Source: Acetobacterium sp. (GTDB lineage: Bacteria > Bacillota > Clostridia > Eubacteriales > Eubacteriaceae). From it: DNA of 64,000 nucleotides. Shown here piece after piece: positions 38,347 to 47,862 of the stretch; position 1 is the first letter of the stretch; every line of letters starts with the position of its first letter. The stretch lies in NCBI RefSeq assembly GCF_030652775.1, contig NZ_JAUSPS010000010.1, forward strand, positions 19,280 to 83,279, read 5' to 3'. The translations under genes were made by a program, and so were the position numbers. The notes below the pieces were generated by a model. It searched no databases and had not been told where the DNA came from. It saw nothing but the letters and a program-made list of their open reading frames with translations.

Positions 38347-39180
38347 ATGATAACCAACAACTATATCAATCGTGCAATTGACTATATCTTAAATCATATT
38401 AATGAAAATATATCGGTTGATGCGATTGCCTCTCATTGCAATTTTTCACGATATTACTTTTCCCGAATGTTTAAACTGGAAACGGGAGAAAGCATCTATA
38501 AATTTATCAAACGCGTGAAAATGGAGCAAAGCGCATTTCGCTTAAAGGTTGAGAAAAGCAGAAGCGTCACTGATATCAGCGGTGATTACGGCTACAGTTC
38601 ATCAAACTACAGCTCTGCTTTTAGACAACATCATAATCTGTCACCGATCGAATTCCGACGTAGCATTACGCAAAAATCTTTGATTAATCCCGTTTTTGCT
38701 GATACGCCTATTAATTTAGAGTCATTTGAAGACTGTAATAAACAAATTTCCATCGAAATACTTGAAGATTGTCCTGTTATATACGAGCGGCATAAAGGAA
38801 ACTATGCGGACTTATCCGTTCATTGGGGAGCTTTTCAAAAAAAATACAGTGAATATTTCACTGAGTTAACACTGCTTCTTGAGCGTACCTACGATGACCC
38901 CTCCATTACCGATATCGACGAATGCCTATATGACCTCTGCCTAACTGTTCCGAAAGGCTGTTCGCTTGAAAATACCTATGTCCTAAAAGGTGGAAAATTT
39001 GCTATTTATCACTTCAAAGGTTTAGTAACGCAGATCTATACTTCTTATCAAAGCATCTTCAATGTGTGGCTGCCGCATGGTAAATATGTGATTGACGATC
39101 GTTACGGCTTCGAGATTTACAGAAAGATAGACTGTGATTCCATGGATATGGAAATTGATCTTTGTATCCCAATCAAATAA
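38347..39180 (+). CDS. AraC-family regulator with GyrI-like effector domain
   Basis: AraC double HTH (FSRYYFSRMFK...YSSSNYSSAFRQ); C-terminal GGKFAIYHFKG...WLPHG...FEIY. Confidence 0.92.
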   Translation: MITNNYINRAIDYILNHINENISVDAIASHCNFSRYYFSRMFKLETGESIYKFIKRVKMEQSAFRLKVEKSRSVTDISGDYGYSSSNYSSAFRQHHNLSPIEFRRSITQKSLINPVFADTPINLESFEDCNKQISIEILEDCPVIYERHKGNYADLSVHWGAFQKKYSEYFTELTLLLERTYDDPSITDIDECLYDLCLTVPKGCSLENTYVLKGGKFAIYHFKGLVTQIYTSYQSIFNVWLPHGKYVIDDRYGFEIYRKIDCDSMDMEIDLCIPIK

Positions 39181-39259
39181 AGCACAAAAACAGAAGTTTT
39201 TTTCTGTTCCTTCCTTTATTCTATATGGTGTAAACAATGAATATAGGGAGGAACTAAAA

Positions 39260-40597
39260 TTGAACTTAGAGCGCATTCAAAACAACAAAGTCAAAACAAT
39301 TCTGCAATTTTCGATTCCATCGATTATTGCAATGGTGCTGACCTCGCTGATTACGGTTACTGATGGTTTTTTTATTGGAAACTACGTGGGAAAAGAAGGT
39401 CTTACCGCGGTTAACTTAGGGCTGCCAATTGTCTATCTATACCTTGCCGTGGGGTTGATGGTCTCCGTAGGCGGAGTGGCAATCGCCGGAATGGCCCTTG
39501 GCGGTGGCGATATCAAAAAGTGTAACGGCGTTTTTAATCAAACCATGTGGACGGCAATGGCTGCGACCGTCCTGCTTAGCCTCATCGTGTGGCTCTGCCT
39601 TGAACCGATGCTTCGTGTCTTAAATGTCGATGCACAAGTAGCCGGATTTTTCAAAGACTATTACGGCATTATGCTTCTGGAGCTTCCGATAATGGTGATA
39701 AACGCATCCTTTGGTATGTTTATCAGAGGCGAGGGTAACCCCCAGTATTTCATGCAGATTAACATTTTAAATGTACTGCTCAATATTCTACTTGATTATT
39801 TGTTTGTCCACTGGTTTAGCTGGGGTGTAAAAGGTATTGCTGCCGCCTCCTTGCTTGCCGCTATTGTTACCCTTTCGGGAATTCTTTTCTTTTTCATCAA
39901 GAAGTCAAACGTCTATAAATTTCGTCGATTTCATTTTTCGACCAAGGTGCTGACTCGCACACTCCTCAATGGCAGCTCGGAATTTGTCGGCGAAATGTCC
40001 CTGAGCATTTCTATGTTTGCCTATAACTATGTCATCCTCACAACTATCGGCGTTGATGGTGTGACTGCCTTTACCATCGTGGGCTATCTTGCCTATATCT
40101 TCAGTATGGTGATCATTGGTTTCGGACAGGGTGCCAGCCCACTCATCAGCTTTGCTTATGGTGCAAAGGAACATCTGCTGGCAACAAGCCTGCGTCGAAT
40201 CACCAACCTGATGGTACTGATTGCCGGCATCGCAGTTCTTTGTCTTGTGTTAGTTGGTTCTAAATGGTACAGCAGTTTATTCATTAAAAGCGACGCCGTG
40301 GAACAGCTGGTGCATTCGGGGGTCATCATTTACGCCGTTTCCTTTCTGTTTTCAGGAATTAATACCATTTCATCTTTTTACTTTACCTCAATTGGCAAAG
40401 CGAAAGAGTCGGCGATCATCTCTTCTGCCCGCGGTTTGGTCATTCTACTGATTTGCATTTTCACTTTACCACCGCTCTTTGCTATGATGGGAATATGGCT
40501 TGTCGCACCGATTACAGAAGTGCTGACCTTATTTTTAACACTGTTTTTTATTGGCAAAGAAAATAAGAACAGATCGTGCTACTTAGCACAAGATTGA
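39260..40597 (+). CDS. MATE-family efflux transporter
   Basis: TDGFFIGNYVG, NILLDYLFV, GASPLISFAYGAK, PITE. TTG start behind AGGGAGG. Confidence 0.92.
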   Translation: MNLERIQNNKVKTILQFSIPSIIAMVLTSLITVTDGFFIGNYVGKEGLTAVNLGLPIVYLYLAVGLMVSVGGVAIAGMALGGGDIKKCNGVFNQTMWTAMAATVLLSLIVWLCLEPMLRVLNVDAQVAGFFKDYYGIMLLELPIMVINASFGMFIRGEGNPQYFMQINILNVLLNILLDYLFVHWFSWGVKGIAAASLLAAIVTLSGILFFFIKKSNVYKFRRFHFSTKVLTRTLLNGSSEFVGEMSLSISMFAYNYVILTTIGVDGVTAFTIVGYLAYIFSMVIIGFGQGASPLISFAYGAKEHLLATSLRRITNLMVLIAGIAVLCLVLVGSKWYSSLFIKSDAVEQLVHSGVIIYAVSFLFSGINTISSFYFTSIGKAKESAIISSARGLVILLICIFTLPPLFAMMGIWLVAPITEVLTLFLTLFFIGKENKNRSCYLAQD

Positions 40598-40835
40598 TGG
40601 TTAATCAGGACACACCCATTGCGGGAGCCGTACTTTTGACGTCTGTGGATTTTGCCTGGCAACTATTACGATAGCTTACCTAATAAACGCATCAAAATTT
40701 TCCTGATCATTTGACCGAGCTGAAAGACCAGTATGGAGTTATTAATATAATTAATTTATGCATTAATTATTTTAACTTTTATATTGACATATTTGATTTT
40801 AGGTAGTATATTATAGTCAAATAAACATAGGACTG

Positions 40836-41234
40836 GTGAAAAAAATGAAGTACAAAGCTCCCGGCAGATGTCCCATCTGTAGTGAAAAGCTATCCATTAC
40901 CAAACTCAACTGTCCCAAGTGTGCCACCACCATTGAAGGTCATTTTGAGCCTTGTGAATTCTGCCGTCTACCAGATGAAGATCTTAACTTTATCAAAATA
41001 TTCATCAAGTGTCGGGGAAATATTAAGGATGTTGAAAAAGAACTGGGCATCTCTTATCCGACAGTACGCGGTAAACTGGATACGGTTATCAGAGGTCTGG
41101 GCTATGAAGTGCCCTCAAAGGAACTGATCAAGGAAAACGAAAATAAAACAGCCGCCCGAAATGAAATCTTGGATCAATTGTCAAACGGTGAAATCACCTC
41201 AAAAGAAGCAACCGAACGCATAAAAAATTTATAA
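40836..41234 (+). CDS. DUF2089-family DNA-binding protein with C-terminal SHOCT-like tail
   Basis: CPIC...CPKC zinc ribbon; FIKCRGNIKDVEKELGISYPTVRGKLD; ILDQLSNGEITSKEA. Confidence 0.88.
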   Translation: MKKMKYKAPGRCPICSEKLSITKLNCPKCATTIEGHFEPCEFCRLPDEDLNFIKIFIKCRGNIKDVEKELGISYPTVRGKLDTVIRGLGYEVPSKELIKENENKTAARNEILDQLSNGEITSKEATERIKNL

Positions 41235-41253
41235 AGAAAAGGGAGATTAGACA

Positions 41254-41691
41254 ATGAACGAACAACAAAAAATATTAGAAATGATCGAAAGCGGGCAAAT
41301 CACAGCTTCCGAAGGTATGGAACTGCTGGAAGCTCTGACTATGACCAATGAAGTGGCAACAATTACGACTGTCGAAACAACTGGCAACCACGGTTACAAA
41401 TTCTTTAAGGTTAAAGTGACCTCGGATAACAATTCCGTCAATGTCAATATCAATATCCCGATCCGTCTGCTGACGACCATTGGTGAAATTGCCGACCGAA
41501 TGACGGCAGTACTTCCCCCGGATGCCAGAAGAGATATGGAGTCGAAGGGGATTGATCTTTCCGGCATCGATTTTGCTAAAATAGTCGAAGAGGTAATCAG
41601 TGGTACCCTGGATGAACCGAATATCGTTGATGTGGAAGCCTGGGATGAAAACAGTCAGACCATGATTAAGGTACGGGTCTATGTCGAATAA
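41254..41691 (+). CDS. SHOCT-like domain protein (YvlB-like N-terminus)
   Basis: EQQKILEMIESGQITASEGMELLEAL, followed by VKVTS...VNINIP. Confidence 0.75.
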   Translation: MNEQQKILEMIESGQITASEGMELLEALTMTNEVATITTVETTGNHGYKFFKVKVTSDNNSVNVNINIPIRLLTTIGEIADRMTAVLPPDARRDMESKGIDLSGIDFAKIVEEVISGTLDEPNIVDVEAWDENSQTMIKVRVYVE

Positions 41692-41995
41692 GGGTTTTCG
41701 CAGCTTATGGATCCGGCTTCAGATTGAGGACAAACAGTTCATAACAATTCCCTTTCCCATCCCCTTATATATTTTCGAAGAATTACTGGACAGTTTTCTG
41801 GATATTCTGATCATCGCATGTTTTTTTACCCCGAAAACACCCGCTCCGAATCCATCTTCCCGGGTCTCAGTCCATTTAGTGAAAGAGCTTGTTGTCGCTG
41901 TGATGATCCTGCTGCGGTCTTTAAACAGCGATGAGCCCTACGATCTTGTCGATGTTACTACTGACAAGGCCAAAGTTTTGATTAAAATCAGATAA
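41681..41995 (+). CDS. Hypothetical protein
   Basis: ORF coupled to neighbours; IPFPIP...PYDLVDV pattern similar to the C-terminal part of the upstream gene. Confidence 0.65.
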   Translation: MSNKGFRSLWIRLQIEDKQFITIPFPIPLYIFEELLDSFLDILIIACFFTPKTPAPNPSSRVSVHLVKELVVAVMILLRSLNSDEPYDLVDVTTDKAKVLIKIR

Positions 41996-42014
41996 ACTGT
42001 TTTGGGAGGTAAAA

Positions 42015-42362
42015 ATGAAAAAACTGTTCATGAAATATCTATCGATCATTGCGACGCTTTACTTACTGTCACTTGTTTTTCACAGCATTCACATCGACAG
42101 CATTTCGGCTCTGCTGATCATGGGACTGGTTTTGTTGGGCGTAAATTTATTATTAAAACCGATTCTGCTACTGATTACCCTACCGCTCAGTCTTCTCACC
42201 CTGGGCTTATTCAGTTTCATTGTGAACGCCTGGATGATTATGATTGCCGACCATTTTGTCACTACTATCAGCATGGGCGGTTTTCTTAATTCACTCATTG
42301 CCGCTTTCATCATTGTTTTATTCAATCAGCTATTCACGGGGATGACTAAGGAATCTTATTAA
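42015..42362 (+). CDS. 4-TM 'phage holin family' protein (YvlD-like)
   Basis: VNLLLKPILLLITLPLSLLTLGLFSFIVNA signature. Confidence 0.88.
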   Translation: MKKLFMKYLSIIATLYLLSLVFHSIHIDSISALLIMGLVLLGVNLLLKPILLLITLPLSLLTLGLFSFIVNAWMIMIADHFVTTISMGGFLNSLIAAFIIVLFNQLFTGMTKESY

Positions 42363-42425
42363 TGATGTGACAAAGAGATGTTTTTGGCAGTAAACCATAT
42401 CAGTAACTACCCGATAAACTTTATA

Positions 42426-42554
42426 TTGACAAAAAATAATTTCTTAGTTATGATATCAAATAAAAGCAGACAATACAAAACTAAACAATTAAAAACAGCA
42501 AGAGTGGTACAAGGAGGTACGCGCAGAAAGTATGCGTATACCTTCATTTTTTTT
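42426..42554 (+). promoter_or_regulatory. SigA promoter plus leader hairpin/U-tract upstream of the uptake operon
   Basis: TTGACA(42426)-17-TATGAT(42449). Hairpin at 42511-42544 followed by T8, about 30 nt before the permease ATG. Confidence 0.6.
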
Positions 42555-42584
42555 ATCATTTCATTTTTTTATCAAAGGAGTTTT

Positions 42585-43643
42585 ATGGAAATCGGCAAGC
42601 GTGAAAAAAGTCAAAACCGTAAAAAAAAGCGGGTGCGAAGAAATCAGATAATAATAGCTGGTATGTTGATCCTATTGATCGTTTTGTTATTAGCCTCCTT
42701 TACTTTGGGAAGATATAACATTGATATAAAAGATTTGATCGTTTATATGGGAAAAAAACTTGGGATTAATCTGGAGCTTGACCAGATTAAAGAACATCTT
42801 ATTTCCAGTGTCAGATTTCCCAGAATAATTGCCGTCATTTTGACGGGTCTGGCACTATCCGTTTCAGGGGCATCTTATCAGGGTATCTTTAAAAACCCCA
42901 TGGTTTCGCCGGATATTTTAGGCGCTTCAGCAGGCGCTGGCTTTGGCGCATCGCTGGGGATTTTATTGTCATTGCCAACCATCATGATTCAATTATTAGC
43001 ATTTGGCTTTGGAATTACCTCGGTGGCGTTAAGCTGTTTGATTGCCGGAATTGTCGGACGGCGTGAAAATGTAACCCTCGTTCTGGTGCTGGCTGGAATG
43101 GTGGTATCATCATTATTCAGTGCATTTATCTCCATTATTAAATACGTCGCCGATCCATATGCTAAATTGCCGGAGATCACATTTTGGCTGATGGGAAGTA
43201 TTTCCGACGCTAAAAACAGTGATTTAATTTTTATAATTGTGCCGGTTGTCATTTGCCTGACGATTATATTTCTGGTTAGATGGGAAATCAACGTTCTCAG
43301 TTTTGGTGATGAAGAGGCCCGCGCTTTAGGGGTTAATGCCGGGCAATTAAGGCTGGTCATTATTATTTGTGCAACCATGCTGACGGCAACCGTAGTAAGT
43401 GTTTCCGGTCAAATCGGTTGGGTTGGACTGATTATTCCACATCTGGCAAGGATGATCGTCGGTCCTGACTACCGGTACTTAATTCCGGCAACAGCAATCC
43501 TGGGAGGGATCTTTCTGTTACTGGTTGACAATATTGCCAGAACGGTTATGCCGGTTGAAATTCCGCTAGGGATACTAACCGCTATCATTGGGGCACCGTT
43601 TTTTGTGTTTTTGATTTTAAGAGGAAGGAAAGGATGGATTTAA
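42585..43643 (+). CDS. FecCD/BtuC-family ABC permease
   Basis: RFPRIIA, QGIFKNPMVSPDILG, GDEEARALG, GWVGLIIPH, DNIART, EIPLG. Start at ATG 42585. Confidence 0.94.
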   Translation: MEIGKREKSQNRKKKRVRRNQIIIAGMLILLIVLLLASFTLGRYNIDIKDLIVYMGKKLGINLELDQIKEHLISSVRFPRIIAVILTGLALSVSGASYQGIFKNPMVSPDILGASAGAGFGASLGILLSLPTIMIQLLAFGFGITSVALSCLIAGIVGRRENVTLVLVLAGMVVSSLFSAFISIIKYVADPYAKLPEITFWLMGSISDAKNSDLIFIIVPVVICLTIIFLVRWEINVLSFGDEEARALGVNAGQLRLVIIICATMLTATVVSVSGQIGWVGLIIPHLARMIVGPDYRYLIPATAILGGIFLLLVDNIARTVMPVEIPLGILTAIIGAPFFVFLILRGRKGWI

Positions 43644-44413
43644 TGCTGGAGCTTAATAACATTTCCTGTGGCTATAACAATATGCCAATCTATCAAGGGA
43701 TTAATTTTAAGGTTCATCCGGGGAGTATTGTCTGTATCATGGGCAGAAACGGAATCGGGAAAACAACTTTGCTAAAAACGATTTTAGGAAGTCTTAATAC
43801 CCTAAACGGTTCAATTATTCTTAATGGCAAAGATATTCTTACCTACAGCAATAAAAAAAGAGCGCAGCAGATTGGATATGTCCCCCAGTCCCATGTTCCG
43901 CCCTTTCCATATTCTGTTAGAGACGTTGTTGTGATGGGGAAAACACCACATTTATCGATATTTTCGGTACCGGGCGATTCTGACTACTCACAGGCCGATG
44001 AAATATTAGAAAAAATTGGCATTAGCTATTTAAAGGAAAAAATATACACCCAAATTAGTGGCGGTGAAAGGCAGCTAGTAATTATTGCGAGAGCTTTGAT
44101 TCAAAATCCTAACATTTTAATTATGGATGAGCCCACTGCAAATCTGGATTATGGCAATCAGATTAAAATTATTAAAACCATTAAAGCCTTGGCAAAAGAA
44201 AAAATATCCGTAATAATGACAACGCATCATCCTGAACAGGCATTTGAGTGTGCCGACTTAGTTGTCGCAATGACTGAAGACAAGGTGATTTCAACCGGAA
44301 CGCCGGTAGAAATATTAACAGCGGAATTGATTGAAGAAATCTATGGCGTAAGCGTTACTGTTCAAACGGTAAATGTCGAGGGAAAGGAAAAAATGATATG
44401 TTTGCCAAAATAA
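43634..44413 (+). CDS. ABC ATP-binding protein (FecE/BtuD-like)
   Basis: GRNGIGKT, ISGGERQL, MDEPTANLD, TTHH. Confidence 0.94.
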   Translation: MDLMLELNNISCGYNNMPIYQGINFKVHPGSIVCIMGRNGIGKTTLLKTILGSLNTLNGSIILNGKDILTYSNKKRAQQIGYVPQSHVPPFPYSVRDVVVMGKTPHLSIFSVPGDSDYSQADEILEKIGISYLKEKIYTQISGGERQLVIIARALIQNPNILIMDEPTANLDYGNQIKIIKTIKALAKEKISVIMTTHHPEQAFECADLVVAMTEDKVISTGTPVEILTAELIEEIYGVSVTVQTVNVEGKEKMICLPK

Positions 44414-45507
44414 AAAGACCGCTAATAACAATAACACTCATATTTATTGTCATTACCTCAGGTGGATGCTCCAATCCTTCGGATTCAAAAAATGAAGCGC
44501 ACAACACGATTATCGATATGGCAGGAAGAACGGTGGAAGTGCCATTAACAATTGATCGTGTTTATTCGGCCGGGCAACCAGGGGTTGTTGCACTCTATAC
44601 CTTATGTCCGGATAAGCTTTTGGGATGGTGTATTGAACCGTCTGATGCGGAGGCTGAATTTATTAATGCAAAGTATCTGAATCATCCGGTACTGGGGCTT
44701 TGTCAGGGAACAAATGCCAATGCAAATACCGAAGAGATTGTTGCCCGAAATCCGGATATTATTATTTTGATGACGGATACGAGTACCGAATACGCGAAAA
44801 CTTCGGCCGACGAAATGCAGGAAACTTTTCAAATTCCGGTTGTCGTGGTTGGTGATGAATTGACGACCATGGATGAGAGTTACCGATTCCTGGGCAAATT
44901 ATTAGGAGTAGCAGCGCGAGCTGAAGAGCTGGCCTCCTATTGCGCCAAGGTAATTGATGAAGCTAAAGACATTTCAAAAACAATTCCAGACAAAGAGAAA
45001 GTCAAGGTCTACTACGCTCAAGGCTCAACCGGACTTCAGACCGCGCCACAGGGATCAGCACACTCACAGGTGATTGAACTGGTTGGCGGAATTAATGTAT
45101 GTCGTCTGGATGCGGTTGATAGCGGTCGTCTGACCATTGATATGGAACAATTGTTTAAATGGAATCCTGATATTATAATCGCCTCATATAGTGATGACCA
45201 TGGCGGAACCAACCTCGGGAACACCGATGTTTTTGACATCATTACCAATGCAAATCCGGAATGGCCTCTTTTAGAAGCAGTAAAGAACGGTGAAATATTC
45301 AAAACCCCCTTCTTACCATATAATTGGCTGGACATGCCACCATCGGCTAACAGAATTGTTGGGGTAGCCTGGCTGGCAGAACTTTTATATCCTGACTACT
45401 ATCATTTTGATATTGTGCCGGCAACAAAAGATTTTTATCAGCTGTTTTATCGGATTGAGTTATCAGATGAACAGATAAACAAATTACTAAATGAGGCAGT
45501 AAAATAA
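44398..45507 (+). CDS. Class III substrate-binding lipoprotein (BtuF/FepB-like)
   Basis: Lipobox TSGGC; DMAGRTV, EEIVARNPDII, EQLFKWNPDII, AVKNGEI. Confidence 0.9.
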   Translation: MFAKIKRPLITITLIFIVITSGGCSNPSDSKNEAHNTIIDMAGRTVEVPLTIDRVYSAGQPGVVALYTLCPDKLLGWCIEPSDAEAEFINAKYLNHPVLGLCQGTNANANTEEIVARNPDIIILMTDTSTEYAKTSADEMQETFQIPVVVVGDELTTMDESYRFLGKLLGVAARAEELASYCAKVIDEAKDISKTIPDKEKVKVYYAQGSTGLQTAPQGSAHSQVIELVGGINVCRLDAVDSGRLTIDMEQLFKWNPDIIIASYSDDHGGTNLGNTDVFDIITNANPEWPLLEAVKNGEIFKTPFLPYNWLDMPPSANRIVGVAWLAELLYPDYYHFDIVPATKDFYQLFYRIELSDEQINKLLNEAVK

Positions 45508-45656
45508 AAATAAAAGGAGGCCGCAATGAAAAAACGCTTAAAGCAGACAGAATGGCGCTGACGCTATGTCGATACAAACGATTGGATAGCAGCGAATTAG
45601 AAAGAACACGAAAAAAAACTGATTAAATTGAGTTTAACAAAGAAGAGGAGCAGTTA

Positions 45657-46439
45657 ATGAAAAAAGCAACGAAAAAAATGCCGGAAAATGCGAAAAAAAA
45701 TGCAATGCCGGGTTTGATTATGATGGTGTTAATCATGATATCGATAATGTCATCAATGAGCGCACCCGTTTTAGCAACTGACCAAGTGGATACAACCGTG
45801 TATGACTCCGCTTCAACAACCGAAACCTTATCATGGAAAGCCTTTAATGTTTTATTGGGTTACAATGATATGGGAACGACAATGACCGGATCTCCGGCAA
45901 CGGGTATCTATGAATTTAGAGTCGGCGGAACCGCTGATGGCGAATTAAAATATGCCTGGACATTTGACGGAAGTGCTTTCACAACACCCTTTACCAGTGA
46001 AACAAAAGGACCAATAAATCTTACGGTCCAAACGGTGAGCGAACCTGAAAAAGGTCTTGGGATTACGTTTGACCTCTATACCTCGCATAGCGAGGGTAAG
46101 GATAATAGCCTGAACGGCGCTGCAAATTTAAAACTAAAAGTGGCTGAATTTTTTGCTGATGGAACAAAACTTGTGATTACTGATTCGAATGCGTACAGTA
46201 AAGAAGTAACTGTAGTGGATGGTTATATTAGTTTTGAGGTCAACCAGGGCGGTACCTACGAAGCTAAAGAAAATCCCGTTGCCGTCCCAGAAAAAACTGC
46301 TCCAGCAGATAATGAGATCGTTACAGCCAAGTCCACCAATCCGGTGAATATTGGATTGGTGATTCTGCTAATCGTCGTGGTTTTGGCAATTGGTGGAATT
46401 GTTGTTTTCCTGAAAAGAAAAGGCAAGCATGATAACTAA
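45657..46439 (+). CDS. Secreted, C-terminally membrane-anchored surface protein
   Basis: Signal peptide, beta-rich domain, C-terminal TM (IGLVILLIVVVLAIGGIVVFL) plus KRKGK stop-transfer. Confidence 0.75.
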   Translation: MKKATKKMPENAKKNAMPGLIMMVLIMISIMSSMSAPVLATDQVDTTVYDSASTTETLSWKAFNVLLGYNDMGTTMTGSPATGIYEFRVGGTADGELKYAWTFDGSAFTTPFTSETKGPINLTVQTVSEPEKGLGITFDLYTSHSEGKDNSLNGAANLKLKVAEFFADGTKLVITDSNAYSKEVTVVDGYISFEVNQGGTYEAKENPVAVPEKTAPADNEIVTAKSTNPVNIGLVILLIVVVLAIGGIVVFLKRKGKHDN

Positions 46440-46446
46440 TTAATGC

Positions 46447-47862
46447 GTGAAAGGGTCGATAATTATGGTATGCGGTGAAAAGAAAGCAAAAACGGTTTCC
46501 TGTCTTTTTAGAGTATTGTTTACGATAATTATCATACAGCTTGTCAGTTTTACGACTACAAACCTGGTTTTTGCTGAAACAATTGGAGATGATACCATTC
46601 ATGATTCAGGAACGGGAACATGGGAAAACCCTTATGTCGATACCGTTGATGCGACTTCAAAGGTATCATGGAAACACCTGGAAAAAATCGGTGAAGAGCA
46701 AATTCATGAAGTCTATCAAATTGTTGAAAATGGCGTGATGCAGTATAGTTGGTATTTTTCTCCTGAAATTTGTAAAAATCCTTCCATTAGTGGTCCCTAT
46801 TTCCTGGGGATTAACAAATATCTCGTCAGTCAGTCTGATCATTTACCCGGTGGAAGCAGCGATGAGTCGCTTTATTTTTCTTTTGCCCTAAAACGGGATT
46901 TTCCCGGAGCAGTCAAAATTAAACTAAATGTTTCAAACAATTTCTCTGATGGCACTGTTTTGGATTTGAATTACTATGGCGGATATGCGAAAACGGCTGT
47001 TCATGGCGACAGTCCACTGATCTTGCCGGGCGAAATCAATACCTTTTCGGGGGTCGAAGCGGTTGCTTCAGGGCTCCCCGTAATTGATGGCTATGTGGAA
47101 TTCGATGTCCGCCATGGTGGAAATTATTATTTAATACCGGAAAACACAAACAGTGCCAATATCAATTCAAGTGAAGTTGTACTCGGTAAAATCGGCGAAC
47201 TTTTTAGCGGTAAAATTGCTGAAACGATTGCTGATTATTTTGGTAAAACCATTGAAGATACCGTTACCGCCGGGGATTTAAACAGTATTAAAAAATTGTA
47301 TCTAGCAGATATGCAATTAGACAGCTTAGATGAACTTGGCAAATATAACTTGAGCGGGTTGGAGCAATTAACGGCTTCAGGAAATAACCTAAACAAGGTT
47401 CCGCTTTTGAAAGCACCTCAAATAACTTACCTGGATTTGTCCGGCAATAAAATTGATGATATTGCCGGGTTAGGACAGATGCCCACCTTGAAAAACATTT
47501 TATTATCCGATAATCGCATGACAAACATCGGGGATTTAAGTATTTTTGCAAAATTAACGACATTAGATTTAAGCAATAACAAAATTACTTCCTGGGGTGC
47601 GGAAATAAAAAGTGGTACCCTCCGGTACCTAAAGCTTAGTGGGAATCAAATCGAAACGGAAATTGACACATCCGGGCTTACCGCATTAGAAGAACTGGAA
47701 TATGATCGCGATGCTTCGTTAGTTGCGGCGTCTCAATCAGTATCTGAAAAGAAGCAAACGGATGGAGAATTTATGAAAAACGGATCCGTAGTTTTTATTA
47801 TTTTGATAATTATTATCGCAATAGTGACGATTAAAGTATATTTTAAAAGGAGTAGTTTATGA
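46447..47862 (+). CDS. Surface protein with a beta-rich domain, internalin-like leucine-rich repeats and a C-terminal TM anchor
   Basis: LRRs such as LEQLTASGNNL, ITYLDLSGNKI, LKNILLSDNRM, LTTLDLSNNKI, LRYLKLSGNQI. C-terminal TM plus KRSS. Confidence 0.8.
   Translation: MKGSIIMVCGEKKAKTVSCLFRVLFTIIIIQLVSFTTTNLVFAETIGDDTIHDSGTGTWENPYVDTVDATSKVSWKHLEKIGEEQIHEVYQIVENGVMQYSWYFSPEICKNPSISGPYFLGINKYLVSQSDHLPGGSSDESLYFSFALKRDFPGAVKIKLNVSNNFSDGTVLDLNYYGGYAKTAVHGDSPLILPGEINTFSGVEAVASGLPVIDGYVEFDVRHGGNYYLIPENTNSANINSSEVVLGKIGELFSGKIAETIADYFGKTIEDTVTAGDLNSIKKLYLADMQLDSLDELGKYNLSGLEQLTASGNNLNKVPLLKAPQITYLDLSGNKIDDIAGLGQMPTLKNILLSDNRMTNIGDLSIFAKLTTLDLSNNKITSWGAEIKSGTLRYLKLSGNQIETEIDTSGLTALEELEYDRDASLVAASQSVSEKKQTDGEFMKNGSVVFIILIIIIAIVTIKVYFKRSSL

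Noticed and set aside
42015-42362. Holin as evidence of a prophage
   Set aside because: It is a YvlD-type membrane protein with no endolysin, structural, integrase or replication genes nearby.
42499-42554. Bona fide T-box riboswitch
   Set aside because: Only the TGGTAC core and a terminator are present; there is no room for stem I or a specifier loop after the promoter. Kept only as an unexplained attenuator.
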